Assembly (NCBI GenBank): GCA_026991575.1 | Contig: JALXBF010000110.1 | Span: 1 to 54,244 of the forward strand | Source: Planctomycetota bacterium | GTDB lineage: Bacteria; Planctomycetota; Planctomycetia; JALXBF01 | Direction: 5' to 3' | Length of the DNA stretch: 54,244 nucleotides | In this document: positions 28,158 through 38,289 of the stretch, piece by piece | Numbering within the stretch: the stretch's first letter is position 1 | How the letters are laid out: each line of letters starts with the position of its first letter | Translations under genes and position numbers: made by a program | Notes under the pieces: generated by a model | Told to the model about the DNA's origin: nothing | Seen by the model: the letters and a program-made list of their open reading frames with translations, nothing else | Database searches by the model: none

Positions 28158-29170
28158 CCGGCCTGCACCAGCTTCCGCGCCACCAGCTCGGCAATCTGCA
28201 CCGCGTTCGTCGCTGCGCCCTTGCGGAGGTTGTCCGCGACGCACCAGAACGCCAGGCCGTGCGGATGCGTCGGGTCCTTGCGAATGCGCCCGACCCACAC
28301 CTCATCCGTGCCGCTAACCTGAATCGGCATCGGATACTGACCGGCCTCGACGTCGTCGAACAGCCGCACGCCCGGGGCCCGCTCAAACCACTGGCGTGCC
28401 TCCCCCACGCTCACCGGCCGCTCCGTCTCCACGAACACCGCCTCCGCGTGGGCGTTGGCCACCGGTACGCGGACGCAGGTGGCGCAGACTTGGATCGTGG
28501 GATCATCGAAGATCTTCTGGGTTTCGCGCATCATCTTCAGCTCTTCGGACGTGAAGCCGGCATCGCGGAAACTGCCGACCTGCGGAATCAGATTGAATGC
28601 TAACTGGTGGGGAAATTCCTCGGCTCGGACCGCTTCGCCCCGCAGCGCCTGGTGAGCTTGGGCGAACAGCTCCTCGGCAGCCCGTTTCCCGGCACCGCTG
28701 GCCGCTTGGTACGTCGCCACCAGCACGCGCTTAACCCGGGCCCGGTCGTGCAGCGGTTTCAGCGCCACGACAAGCTGAATCGTCGAGCAGTTCGGGCTGG
28801 CAATGATCCCCTGGTGCCGTTCAATCGCTTGCGGATTCACTTCGGGCACAACGAGCGGTACGGATGGATCCATTCGGAAATAGGCCGACTCGTCGACCAC
28901 GACGGCGCCGGCTTTGACGGCCAGCGGCAGGTACTGGCCCGCGACCTCATCGGGGGTTGACGACACAACCAGGTCGACGCCGTGAAAGCTGTCCGGCGTC
29001 AGCTCCTCGACCACGTGCTGCTCCCCCCTGAACGCGACGGTGCTCCCCGCGCTGCGGCGGGAAGCGAGGAACCGCACCCGCTCGGCGGGAAAGGCGCGCT
29101 GCTCTAACAGCTGAACCATGATTCGGCCCACCGCACCGGTGGCCCCGACCACTGCAAGCGTCAAACCCAT
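28154..29170 (-). CDS. asd: Aspartate-semialdehyde dehydrogenase
   Basis: VVGATGAVG, PLVVPEVN, SPNCSTIQ, TYQAASGAG, CVRVPV, DNLRKGAATNAVQIAE. Confidence 0.97.
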   Translation of the reverse strand: MGLTLAVVGATGAVGRIMVQLLEQRAFPAERVRFLASRRSAGSTVAFRGEQHVVEELTPDSFHGVDLVVSSTPDEVAGQYLPLAVKAGAVVVDESAYFRMDPSVPLVVPEVNPQAIERHQGIIASPNCSTIQLVVALKPLHDRARVKRVLVATYQAASGAGKRAAEELFAQAHQALRGEAVRAEEFPHQLAFNLIPQVGSFRDAGFTSEELKMMRETQKIFDDPTIQVCATCVRVPVANAHAEAVFVETERPVSVGEARQWFERAPGVRLFDDVEAGQYPMPIQVSGTDEVWVGRIRKDPTHPHGLAFWCVADNLRKGAATNAVQIAELVARKLVQAG

Positions 29171-29294
29171 CGGCGTTCCTCTCCAGACAAGCGCGTCAGC
29201 CTGCCAGCCCGGTTTGTTTCATCCTATTGGGGCCGGACAGCCACACCGGCGCATGCACGGCTACCGCACTGGCGGGCTGTAAAATTGGTGAGTT

Positions 29295-30758
29295 TTGCCA
29301 CGGCGAGCGGACTCATCGAGGTATCTGGGGATGGAGCTACCACGTACGGTCGGCGAACTGCGCGCCAGCGGCTATCGGGTTCTCAGCGTCAAAGATGAGC
29401 TGCGCAAGAACCTGATCCGCAAGATGCGCAGCGGGGAGGTGCTGTTCCCCGGGATTCTCGGCTACGACGAGACCGTCATCCCCCAGATCCAGAATGCGAT
29501 CCTCGCCCGCCACGACATGCTTTTCTTAGGCCTGCGGGGCCAGGCCAAGACGCGCATCATCCGCATGCTCGTGAACCTGCTCGACGAGCGGATCCCCATC
29601 GTGGCCGGTTCGGAAGTGAACGATAACCCGTTCGCCCCCATCTCCAAGTACGCCCGTGAGCGGCTTGAACGCGAAGGTGACCGCTGCCCGGTGGAGTGGA
29701 TCGGCCGAGAGCGCCGCTATGGCGAGAAGCTGGCCACGCCCGACGTAACCATTGCCGATCTGATCGGCGAGGTTGACCTGGTCAAACATGCCGAAGGCCG
29801 TTACCTGTCCGATGAGACCATCATGCACTTCGGGCTCATCCCCAGAACGAATCGCGGCATCTTCTGCATCAATGAACTGCCCGACCTCAGCCCGAAGATT
29901 CAGGTGGGATTGTTTAACGTGCTGGAAGAGCGCGACATTCAAATCCGGGGCTTCCCAGTCCGGCTGCCCCTGGACCTGCTCATGGTCTTCTCGGCCAACC
30001 CGGAAGACTACACGAACCGGGGGCGGATCGTGACGCCCCTGAAGGATCGCATCGGCTCGGTCATCCGCACCCATTACCCGCCTGATCGGGCCACCGCCAT
30101 CCAGATCACCGACCAGCAAGCCTGGAGTGATCGAGGTGAAGAGCTCCGGGTAGAAGTGCCCTACTTCATGAAGGAAGTCCTCGAAGAGGCCGTTGCGCTG
30201 GCCCGCCAGAGCAGTCACGTCAATCAGGCTTCGGGCGTTAGTGTCCGCATGTCGATCGCCAACCGAGAAATCGCCATCTCCAATGCTGAACGGCGCGCCA
30301 TCTTGCTTGGGATTCCGGTGACCGTGGTCCGCTGTTCGGACCTGAGCCATGTGATCGCTAGCTCGCGGGGCAAGATCGAGCTGACGCTCGGCGGCGAAGA
30401 AGGCCAAGAGGATCGGCTGCTGCAGCGGCTGTTCGCGGAGGCAGTCAAACGGGTGTTCGCCCAGTACTGGAAGCCCGATGACTGGAACCCGGTGGTGGCC
30501 TGGTTCAGCGGCCTGAACGTCTTCGAGACCGGGGATCTCCTGCCCGCATCCCGCTACCTGGAACAGGCGAGCCAGATACCGAGGTTCATTGCCAAGATCG
30601 ACGAAGCCGCCGAGAAACTGGCCGGCAATATGCTGGGCAGCGGTTATGATGCCGAGGTGTACGCAAGCCTGATCGAGTTCGTGCTCGAGGGGCTGCACGT
30701 GCATAATCGACTGAACAAGTCGATAGCAGGCAGTTCGGTCCGCTTCCGGGCAGCGTAA
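29295..30758 (+). CDS. AAA+ ATPase, Mg-chelatase ChlI-like (partner of the downstream VWA protein)
   Basis: LGLRGQAKTR Walker A, NELPDL Walker B variant, SANPEDYTNRGRIVTPLKDRIGS; start may be the ATG at 29331. Confidence 0.85.
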   Translation: MPRRADSSRYLGMELPRTVGELRASGYRVLSVKDELRKNLIRKMRSGEVLFPGILGYDETVIPQIQNAILARHDMLFLGLRGQAKTRIIRMLVNLLDERIPIVAGSEVNDNPFAPISKYARERLEREGDRCPVEWIGRERRYGEKLATPDVTIADLIGEVDLVKHAEGRYLSDETIMHFGLIPRTNRGIFCINELPDLSPKIQVGLFNVLEERDIQIRGFPVRLPLDLLMVFSANPEDYTNRGRIVTPLKDRIGSVIRTHYPPDRATAIQITDQQAWSDRGEELRVEVPYFMKEVLEEAVALARQSSHVNQASGVSVRMSIANREIAISNAERRAILLGIPVTVVRCSDLSHVIASSRGKIELTLGGEEGQEDRLLQRLFAEAVKRVFAQYWKPDDWNPVVAWFSGLNVFETGDLLPASRYLEQASQIPRFIAKIDEAAEKLAGNMLGSGYDAEVYASLIEFVLEGLHVHNRLNKSIAGSSVRFRAA

Positions 30759-30780
30759 CGGTCAACGGGACGGAAAGCTC

Positions 30781-31920
30781 ATGCCGCGGTTCTGCTATAG
30801 CGAGTGGGACGGCAGCCAGCAGTTCGAGGGGCTGGAGGCCGAGCGGCTCTACGACACGCTCAGCGACTTCATGCTCGAGTATGGCGAGCAAGTGCTGCGT
30901 CAGATCGACGAGCCCCAGGACGACGACCTCTCCGAGATGCTCCGACTCTTGCTGGACGAGGGGCTGCTGGAGCGTGACGAGCAGGGCCGGCTGGTGCCCA
31001 CGCCGAAGGGCCTGAAGCGCACGGAGCGCCGGGCATTGGAGCAGCTGTTCCAGCAAGCACAACGGGGTGCGGCCGGTCAGCACGCAACCGACCTGCGCGG
31101 CCCTGGCGAGGTCCTTCACGACGAAACCAGACCGTACCGGTACGGCGACCCGCTGGCCAACCTTAATCTGAGCGAAACGATCAGGAACGCCGTGCTCCGC
31201 CAGGGCACCGGCACTCCGATCCGCCTTCATCCTGACGACTTCGTCGTCTATGACACGGAGTACCGGGCGCGAAGCGCGACGGTGGTCCTGGTGGACATGT
31301 CCGGCTCAATGGGCCGGTTTGGGAAGTTCTTCCATGCAAAGAAGGTTGCGCTCGCGCTTCAGGCACTGGTGCGTGCGGCCTACCCCGGCGATACGATCGA
31401 ATTCGTCGGCTTCTACTCGTACGCCACCCGACTCGGTCCGCGTGAGCTTCTCCTCGCCACGCCCAAGCCGGTTTCGCTCTGGACCGACCGGGTCTTCCTG
31501 CGTATCGATCTGGACCGACCGCCCGGATTTGTCCCGGAACATTTCACCAACATCCAGGCCGGGCTGCGGATCGCCCGCGGCCTGCTGCGGCGCAGCGGTG
31601 CCCAGAACCGCCAGGTTATCCTGATCACCGACGGCGAACCAACCGCGCACCTTGAAGGCCGTGACTTGCTGCTGATCTACCCTCCGTCACGCCGCACGCT
31701 GCAACACACGCTGGCCGAGGCGCGTCGCTGCGTCGCGGAGGGTATCAAGATCTCGACCTTTGCCCTCGTCGACGACTACCTGTACTTCGAACTGGCCAAC
31801 TTTGTGCGTCAGCTTGCTCAGCTGACCCGCGGCGTGGCCGTGCACTGCTCAGCCCGTGAGTTGGGCAGGCTGGTCTTGGAAAGTTTCGAGCGCGGCCGCT
31901 ACCGCCGCCGCGCCCTGTGA
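30781..31920 (+). CDS. von Willebrand factor A (VWA) domain protein
   Basis: MIDAS motif DMSGSM, TNIQAGL, ITDGEPTAH; N-terminal YSEWDGSQ. Confidence 0.88.
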   Translation: MPRFCYSEWDGSQQFEGLEAERLYDTLSDFMLEYGEQVLRQIDEPQDDDLSEMLRLLLDEGLLERDEQGRLVPTPKGLKRTERRALEQLFQQAQRGAAGQHATDLRGPGEVLHDETRPYRYGDPLANLNLSETIRNAVLRQGTGTPIRLHPDDFVVYDTEYRARSATVVLVDMSGSMGRFGKFFHAKKVALALQALVRAAYPGDTIEFVGFYSYATRLGPRELLLATPKPVSLWTDRVFLRIDLDRPPGFVPEHFTNIQAGLRIARGLLRRSGAQNRQVILITDGEPTAHLEGRDLLLIYPPSRRTLQHTLAEARRCVAEGIKISTFALVDDYLYFELANFVRQLAQLTRGVAVHCSARELGRLVLESFERGRYRRRAL

Positions 31921-33221
31921 ACCGACGGGCCGGCGGTCGTCGCCGCGGCCGCAGGGTTCCGGGTCCCCTCCTGTTCCAACAACCGCTCGTAGAACGCTCG
32001 GATCTGACTGGTCATCCGGTGATGATCGAAACGGGCCCTCAGAGCCTCTGCGTCAGCTGCTCCCATCCGCCGGCGCAACTCCGGCGCACGCGCCAGCCGA
32101 ATGAGGCGATCCGCTAGCTCGTCAGCGTCCCGCGGTCGCACCAGGAAGCCCGATCGACCGTCCTCGATCACTTCCCAGGCACCGTCGAGGCGGAAGCAGA
32201 CCACGGGCTTCCCGGCCAGCTTCGCCTGTGCCAGCACGCGGGCCAGCCCCTCACGGAGGCTGCAATGGACCACGATGTCCATGGCCTGCAGGTAGACGGG
32301 AATGTCCGCGGGGGGAACAAGACCGGCGAACACGAACCGGTCCGCCACGCCCAACTCTGCCACAGTCCGCCGCAACTGGTCGCGCAGGATGCCATCTCCG
32401 ACGAACAAGAACTTCACATTGGGCACTTCTGCTACCACGCGCGGGGCAGCCGCCAGCACAAACTCATGGCCCTTCAGGTGGAAGAGCCGTGCGACTTTGC
32501 CGATGACAACCTCGTCCGGTCGGATCCCCAGCCGCTCGCGCAGGGCCGCCGCCTCCGGGCGGTCACGCACGAACTCGTCCACCTCCATCCCGCTGTAGAT
32601 CACCTCGAATCGCTCCGGCACCCCGATGCCATGGCTGAGGTACAGGTCGCGCATGGCGTGTGAAACGGCAATCAACCCATCGCACCGGCGTGCTGCCATC
32701 CGTTCCGCCCATCGGTAGAACAAGTTGCGCCAAGGCCGCTCAAACGGATGAAACGGTGACCCATGCACCGTATGGACCACGGCCGGCACGCCGGCCGCGT
32801 CCGCCGCCAGGCGCCCAAGAATGCCCGCCTTTGAGCTATGCGTATGCACCACATCTGGCTGCCACTGGCGGATCAGCGCCAACAGTCGCCGGTACGCCAG
32901 CACGTCCCGGGCCGGGTGAATCGCGCGCTGAAGCTCATCAACGACAACACATGGTGTGCCGCGCTGCTGGACGCGGTCGAAAAGGTCCCCCTCTGGACCA
33001 GGTGCGGGACCGGTCACCAGCAGAACCGTGTCGCCGAAATCGCGGATCAGGTCCTCAACGGTTAGAAGCGTGTTCTCCTGAGCCCCGCCGATGATCAGCC
33101 GCGTGATGATGTGCATCACGCGTAGCGGCCGCGTCTGCCACGATCGGCCGCTGGTAGCCTTACGAGTCCCCGGACCACTTCGGACAGACGGCAGCTTGTC
33201 GTTCGGGCTAGCCGGGCACAT
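31899..33221 (-). CDS. Glycosyltransferase family 4 (GT-B)
   Basis: HIITRLIIGGAQENT, VHTHSSKAGILGR, LKGHE, EGLARVLAQA; start uncertain (33254, 33221 or 33116). Confidence 0.88.
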   Translation of the reverse strand: MCPASPNDKLPSVRSGPGTRKATSGRSWQTRPLRVMHIITRLIIGGAQENTLLTVEDLIRDFGDTVLLVTGPAPGPEGDLFDRVQQRGTPCVVVDELQRAIHPARDVLAYRRLLALIRQWQPDVVHTHSSKAGILGRLAADAAGVPAVVHTVHGSPFHPFERPWRNLFYRWAERMAARRCDGLIAVSHAMRDLYLSHGIGVPERFEVIYSGMEVDEFVRDRPEAAALRERLGIRPDEVVIGKVARLFHLKGHEFVLAAAPRVVAEVPNVKFLFVGDGILRDQLRRTVAELGVADRFVFAGLVPPADIPVYLQAMDIVVHCSLREGLARVLAQAKLAGKPVVCFRLDGAWEVIEDGRSGFLVRPRDADELADRLIRLARAPELRRRMGAADAEALRARFDHHRMTSQIRAFYERLLEQEGTRNPAAAATTAGPSVHRARRR

Positions 33222-34095
33222 CGGCGGCGAGCCAGCCGGTGGGAAGTCCTTCATACCAGACCTTCACCAGGTACAACCCCTCCGCGGGCGCCGTCGGACC
33301 GGCGCGCGGCCGCTGGCGTGAGGCAAGGATCTCACCAACCCGCTCACTCGGCCAGAAGCCACGGCCCACGTTGTACAGCGTGCCCGCGATTGCTCGGACC
33401 ATGTTGTACAGGAACCCGTCGGCAGCAACCTCCACATAGACCAGATCGCCGCCGGCTGCATCGGCGTCTACCTCCAGGAGATCCCGATGCCAGAGCCAAC
33501 GGGCATCGGCCCGAGCGACGTGGCACCGATAGATGCTACGGACCGTGCTGGCCCGAGGCGCGCCGGCTGTCTGAAAGGCACGAAAATCGTGCCGACCGAC
33601 TAGCTGGCTCGCACCGGCCTGCATCGCGGCCACGTCCAGCCGATAGATGGATCGTGCCGTGTACCGTCGCAGGTGGGGCAGCGGCACCGGGGCATCGCAG
33701 AAGACGTATCGGTACAGCTTGGCGCGGGCATCGTAGGTCGCATGGAAGGCCAGAGGCGCCTCGCGAACGGAAAGCACGCGCAGGTCCGCCGGCAGTGTGG
33801 CGTTCAGTGCCCGCAAGAACGTCGTCACCGACCGACGGCTCGCCGTGCGGAAGTTTGCCACCTGGCCTAACGCGTGCACGCCCGCATCGGTCCGACCGCT
33901 TGCCAGAAGCGCTACACGGTGTCCCACCAACGGCTCCAGCGCCTGCTCCAGCACTTGCTGGACCGTACGCCGCCCTGGCTGGCGCTGCCAGCCGGCAAAC
34001 TCGCTGCCGTCGTAGGCAAGCTCAAGCACAATGTTCCGCAACTGCGCCACCGCAGCCGTCGCCTCCTCCCGGTTCGATTGATCCCCACCACGCAC
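33208..34095 (-). CDS. truA: tRNA pseudouridine(38-40) synthase
   Basis: YDGSEFAGWQRQ, SGRTDAGVHALGQ, HDFRAF, GFLYNMVRAIAG, TAPAEGLYL. Confidence 0.96.
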   Translation of the reverse strand: MRGGDQSNREEATAAVAQLRNIVLELAYDGSEFAGWQRQPGRRTVQQVLEQALEPLVGHRVALLASGRTDAGVHALGQVANFRTASRRSVTTFLRALNATLPADLRVLSVREAPLAFHATYDARAKLYRYVFCDAPVPLPHLRRYTARSIYRLDVAAMQAGASQLVGRHDFRAFQTAGAPRASTVRSIYRCHVARADARWLWHRDLLEVDADAAGGDLVYVEVAADGFLYNMVRAIAGTLYNVGRGFWPSERVGEILASRQRPRAGPTAPAEGLYLVKVWYEGLPTGWLAADVPG

Positions 34096-34159
34096 AGCCG
34101 CCGCCCGCGTGACTCATAAGATTACTCCGAACCCGGACCAGCAAACCGAGAATTCAGCC

Positions 34160-35536
34160 ATGGGCATGACGATCACGGAAAAGATTCTGGCGCGTGCGTC
34201 TGGAAAGCCGGCCGTGCAGCCCGGCGAGAACGTCTGGGTCAACGTCGATGTGCTCATGACCCATGACGTCTGTGGCCCGGGAACGATTGGCGTCTTCAAG
34301 CAACACTTCGGTCCGGATGCACGCGTCTGGGACCGCACGAAGGTCGTGATCATCCCGGATCACTACATCTTCACCCGGGATGAGAAGGCACGGCGCAACA
34401 TCGAGATTCTCCGTGAGTTCGTGCGCGAACAGCAACTGCCCTACTACTACGACGTCGGCACGGAACGGTACAAGGGCGTCTGCCACATCGCCCTGCCCGA
34501 AGAGGGCCACACGCGGCCTGGAGAGGTACTGCTCGGCACTGACAGTCACACGTGCACCGCCGGCGCCTTTGGCGAATTCGCCACGGGGATCGGAAACACA
34601 GACGCCGGCTTTGTGCTGGGCACCGGCAAGCTATGGCTGAAGGTGCCGCCCACACTACGGTTCATTTTCACGGGCGACCCGCCGGCCTGGCTGATGGCCA
34701 AGGACCTGATCCTGGCCGTCATTGGACGCATCGGTTGCGACGGTGCAACCTACATGGCAATGGAATTTACTGGTGAGGCCGTCTTCGGCCTCGGCAAGAT
34801 CGCCGCGGAATTCGCCGGCCAGCCGATCAGCGACCGTCCGGTAGGGTTCTCACCAGCCATTGAGGAACGGATGACGCTGTGCAACATGGTGATCGAGGCA
34901 GGCGGTAAGAACGGCGTCATTGCACCGGACGAGGTCACCGAGCAGTTTGTACGGGAGCGAACCCAGGCAGCCGGCACGCGCACCGATTTCGAACCGGTTC
35001 ACAACGATCCCGACGCACGCTTCGCAGCTGAGTACCGTTTCGATGTCCGCACCCTGGAGCCGATGGTCGCACGGCCTCACTCCCCGGAGCATGCCGTGCC
35101 CGTCTCGGACGCGGTCGGCGAACCGCTGGACCGAGCCTACATCGGCTCGTGCACGGGCGGTAAGGTGCTGGATCTGATAGCCGCGGCAAAGGTGCTGCGT
35201 GGACGATCCGTGGCGATTCCGACGTTCATCGTGCCGGCAACGACGGAAATCGAACGTGCTATGGACCGGATCCGTCTCAACGGCCAGACACTGCGTGAGA
35301 TCTTTGAGTCGTCTGGCTGCATCATCGGTCCTCCTTCATGCGGCGCCTGCCTGGGAGGGCCGCTGGATACGCTCGGGCGGCTGAACGAACCGCTGCGGTG
35401 TATCTCCAGTACGAACCGCAACTTCCCAGGGCGGATGGGACACAAGGAAGCCCAGGTCTTCCTGGCCAGCCCGCTGACGGTGGCCGCTTCGGCCGTTGCC
35501 GGTCGGATCGCCGATCCTCGCGACGTGCTGAACTAG
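34160..35536 (+). CDS. leuC: 3-isopropylmalate dehydratase large subunit
   Basis: MTITEKIL, THDVCGP, GTDSHTCT, YIGSCTGG, CGACLG, STNRNFPGRMG, LASP. Confidence 0.9.
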   Translation: MGMTITEKILARASGKPAVQPGENVWVNVDVLMTHDVCGPGTIGVFKQHFGPDARVWDRTKVVIIPDHYIFTRDEKARRNIEILREFVREQQLPYYYDVGTERYKGVCHIALPEEGHTRPGEVLLGTDSHTCTAGAFGEFATGIGNTDAGFVLGTGKLWLKVPPTLRFIFTGDPPAWLMAKDLILAVIGRIGCDGATYMAMEFTGEAVFGLGKIAAEFAGQPISDRPVGFSPAIEERMTLCNMVIEAGGKNGVIAPDEVTEQFVRERTQAAGTRTDFEPVHNDPDARFAAEYRFDVRTLEPMVARPHSPEHAVPVSDAVGEPLDRAYIGSCTGGKVLDLIAAAKVLRGRSVAIPTFIVPATTEIERAMDRIRLNGQTLREIFESSGCIIGPPSCGACLGGPLDTLGRLNEPLRCISSTNRNFPGRMGHKEAQVFLASPLTVAASAVAGRIADPRDVLN

Positions 35537-35640
35537 GGCAGCAGCTCTGTCCGACTACTGCCGCCGAAGCAGCTGGCCGTGCCCATCGCCGAATGAGCTG
35601 AGCCGGTCAAAGCACGGGTGACGCAGCAGAGTGAGAGCTG

Positions 35641-36204
35641 ATGGAGACCAAATTCCGCGCCTTAGCCTATGTCCTGGGCGATAACATCGACACCGACCAG
35701 ATCATTCCTGCCCAGTATCTGGTGTACAACCCGGCCGTCCCAGAAGAGTACCGCATGTTCGGGCGCTATGCGCTCAGCGGTGTGCCGCGTGATCGTGCCG
35801 GTCTGCCCTCCGGTGGCGTGCCTTTTGTCCGTGATGGTGAGTACAGCACCGACTACCAGGTTGTCATTGCGGGCAAGAACTTCGGCTGCGGCTCGTCACG
35901 AGAACACGCACCGATCGCGCTCAATGCCGCAGGGGTTAAGGCGGTAATCGCGGAGAGTTATGCGCGGATCTTTTTCCGCAATGCGGTCAACGGCGGTTAT
36001 CTCGTACCGCTGGAAACCGACGAGCGGTTGATCGAGGCAGTCCGTACGGGCGACCTCGTGGAAGTCGACATCGACGGGTGCCGCTTAGTGAACCTGGCAA
36101 CCGGTCAGACTTTCCGTCTGAAGCCCCTGGGCGACGTGCGCCCGATCATCGAAGCGGGGGGGCTGTTCCGCTACGCCGAGCGAAGCGGTCTGCTGAAGCG
36201 GTAA
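35641..36204 (+). CDS. leuD: 3-isopropylmalate dehydratase small subunit
   Basis: DNIDTDQIIPA, NFGCGSSREHAP, SYARIFFRN. Confidence 0.92.
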   Translation: METKFRALAYVLGDNIDTDQIIPAQYLVYNPAVPEEYRMFGRYALSGVPRDRAGLPSGGVPFVRDGEYSTDYQVVIAGKNFGCGSSREHAPIALNAAGVKAVIAESYARIFFRNAVNGGYLVPLETDERLIEAVRTGDLVEVDIDGCRLVNLATGQTFRLKPLGDVRPIIEAGGLFRYAERSGLLKR

Positions 36205-36408
36205 CGACTCTTGCACCGCTCGGCAGCGGCTGCCGCGTGACCGTCTTGATCCGATCGCGTGGGCACGTTTCCTGTCCGCGCGCAACGCCGTACCGATACG
36301 CGGGCAGGCGCGTGTGGCCGACGGTGGCGCGGTGCGCACGGTCGGCGGGCCGGTACGAGCGGGCGCTGTGCCGGCGGGGTCGTTCGGCGTCTGATGAGCC
36401 TGCGCCGG

Positions 36409-36870
36409 CTACTCGACCTCGAACACCGCCTCGATTTCCACCGGGATGTTGCGTGGCAGAGAGCCCATGCCGACGGCGGAGCGGGCGCCGATTCCGGCCT
36501 CCGGCCCGAACACCTGGGCCATCAGGTCCGAGTAGCCGTTGATCACCTCCGGATGATCCGTGAAATCGGGCGTGGCGTTCACCATACCGAAGGACTTCAC
36601 CAGCCGCTTGACCCGATCCAGTGACCCCAAGCTGGCGCGGACGCTGGCTAAGATGGCCAGCCCAACAAGCTTGGCGGCTTCCTGCGCCTCGGCCAGACTC
36701 AGGTCCTGGCCCACCCGCCCTTGCATCAGCGTACCGTCGGGCCGCAGCGGACCGTGGCCGGAGACGTACAGCAGGTTTCCAACGCGCACGGTGGGCACGT
36801 AGGTAGCAACCGGCTTGGGAGCCGGTGGCAACGTCAGTCCAAGCTCACGCAGTCTGTCTTCAGCGCCCAT
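36409..36870 (-). CDS. RidA/YjgF/UK114 family protein
   Basis: LYVSGHGP, HPEVINGYSDL..VFG..GIGARSAVG..LP..VEIEA. Confidence 0.9.
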   Translation of the reverse strand: MGAEDRLRELGLTLPPAPKPVATYVPTVRVGNLLYVSGHGPLRPDGTLMQGRVGQDLSLAEAQEAAKLVGLAILASVRASLGSLDRVKRLVKSFGMVNATPDFTDHPEVINGYSDLMAQVFGPEAGIGARSAVGMGSLPRNIPVEIEAVFEVE

Positions 36871-38092
36871 CGCTTCCTCCGTCCGACTCAGGGTGCGAAC
36901 CGTCGTAAGCGAGCACCAGAACGGTCACGTCGTCTTCGAATGGCCGACGGCCGCGGAACCGATTCACCTGCTCTCTGAGGCACGTCACCATCTGCTCGGC
37001 GGGGCCGTCGCCGCACTCGGCAAGCCAGCGACGAAGTCGTCCCAGCCCAAGAAGCTCACCGGACTCGCTCCACGTCTCCAGGAGCCCGTCGGTGTAATAG
37101 ACAAGCCGGTCGCCGGGCTCAAGCGTGATCTCAACCTCCTCGAAGTCGACCTTGTCGCTGACCCCCAGCAGCATACCCCGTGCATCGAGGGGCACGACGC
37201 GGCGCTGGTCTGCCCTGTACCACAGCGGCGGCGGATGGCCCGCCTTCGCGAAACGCAGCCTGGCTGACGTGATGTCGAAGACGCCGTAACAACCGGTGAT
37301 AAAACGTTCCTCTTCCAGGATCGTGCGCAGGTGTTCGTTCAGCTGGCTCAGCACCTCGGCAGGGCTCATCGAACCCGGTCGGCACGTGCGGAAGACCGTC
37401 TGTGCCATGACGGAAACAAAGGCGGCGGGGATGCCGTGGCCGCTGGCGTCACAAACCAACAAGCCGATGTGCCGCCCGGTCATTTGCCGCACGTCGTAGA
37501 AGTCGCCGGAGACCCGGTCTTTGGGCTCGTACCAGGTGGCAAACGAAATATTCGGCAGTTCCGGGAGTTCGTTCGGCAGGAGCTGGCGCTGGATCCGGCT
37601 GGCCATCCTCAGGTAGTAGTCCATGAGCTGGTCGCGTTTGGTCAACTCGACGTTCCGTTGTTCGAGCTCGCGGGTACGTTGCCGCACGGCCGACTCGAGC
37701 ACCTGCGTGCGATGGTGGAGCAGGTCGCGCGCGGTGACGATGCCCACCAGGCGCCCGTGCTCGACCACCGGCAAGTGTCGCACCTGAAGCAGATCCATCT
37801 GTTCCGCGACAACAGCCCAGGTATCGTGTGGTGTGACCGTGCAAACCGGCGAGGTCATCACGTCGCGTGCGGTCAGACTGCGCCACTGCTCGCACCGTTC
37901 GACCGCCCGGTACACAATATCCCGCTCGGTGACGATCCCAACCACCCGGTCGTCTTCGACGATGATGACCGACCCGATGCGTCGTTCCTTCATGAGCCGA
38001 GCGACACGAACCAGTGGCTCATCGGGCCCGACCGTGGCCGGGTTACGCGTCATGATTTGCCGCACTCGCAACTGTTCCGGCTGAGCCACCAT
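36860..38092 (-). CDS. CBS-pair, coiled coil and SpoIIE/RsbU-type PP2C phosphatase
   Basis: Two CBS domains (VGIVTERDI, VRHLPVV..LVGIVTARDL); ASRIQRQLLP, VSGDFYD, CDASGHG, AGHPP, YTDGLLE, DDVTVL; start 38092 or 38125. Confidence 0.9.
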   Translation of the reverse strand: MVAQPEQLRVRQIMTRNPATVGPDEPLVRVARLMKERRIGSVIIVEDDRVVGIVTERDIVYRAVERCEQWRSLTARDVMTSPVCTVTPHDTWAVVAEQMDLLQVRHLPVVEHGRLVGIVTARDLLHHRTQVLESAVRQRTRELEQRNVELTKRDQLMDYYLRMASRIQRQLLPNELPELPNISFATWYEPKDRVSGDFYDVRQMTGRHIGLLVCDASGHGIPAAFVSVMAQTVFRTCRPGSMSPAEVLSQLNEHLRTILEEERFITGCYGVFDITSARLRFAKAGHPPPLWYRADQRRVVPLDARGMLLGVSDKVDFEEVEITLEPGDRLVYYTDGLLETWSESGELLGLGRLRRWLAECGDGPAEQMVTCLREQVNRFRGRRPFEDDVTVLVLAYDGSHPESDGGSDGR

Positions 38093-38289
38093 GATCACTG
38101 CTGCCGCCCGGTGTAGCGCACACATCCGGTTATGCTTCCGGGCATTCTACCGCAGGGGTTGTCGGCACAACCGGATCGCGATACCCCCCGGGTGGGCGGC
38201 TCCGGCCCGTTCCGGTAGGATGTAACGGTCTGCGAATTGGGAACGAGAATCCGGAGCGGGCAGTCCGTGCGCCACCGGTTGGAGCGGTG

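Noticed and set aside
33484..33509. 8-bp inverted repeat inside the TruA insert, suggesting in-frame palindromic elements in housekeeping genes
   Set aside because: The inserts in truA, cysS, leuC, ruvC and ileS share no nucleotide sequence
36205..36408. GC-rich stems between convergent leuD and the RidA-family gene
   Set aside because: No U-tract on either strand, and consistent with chance at this GC content
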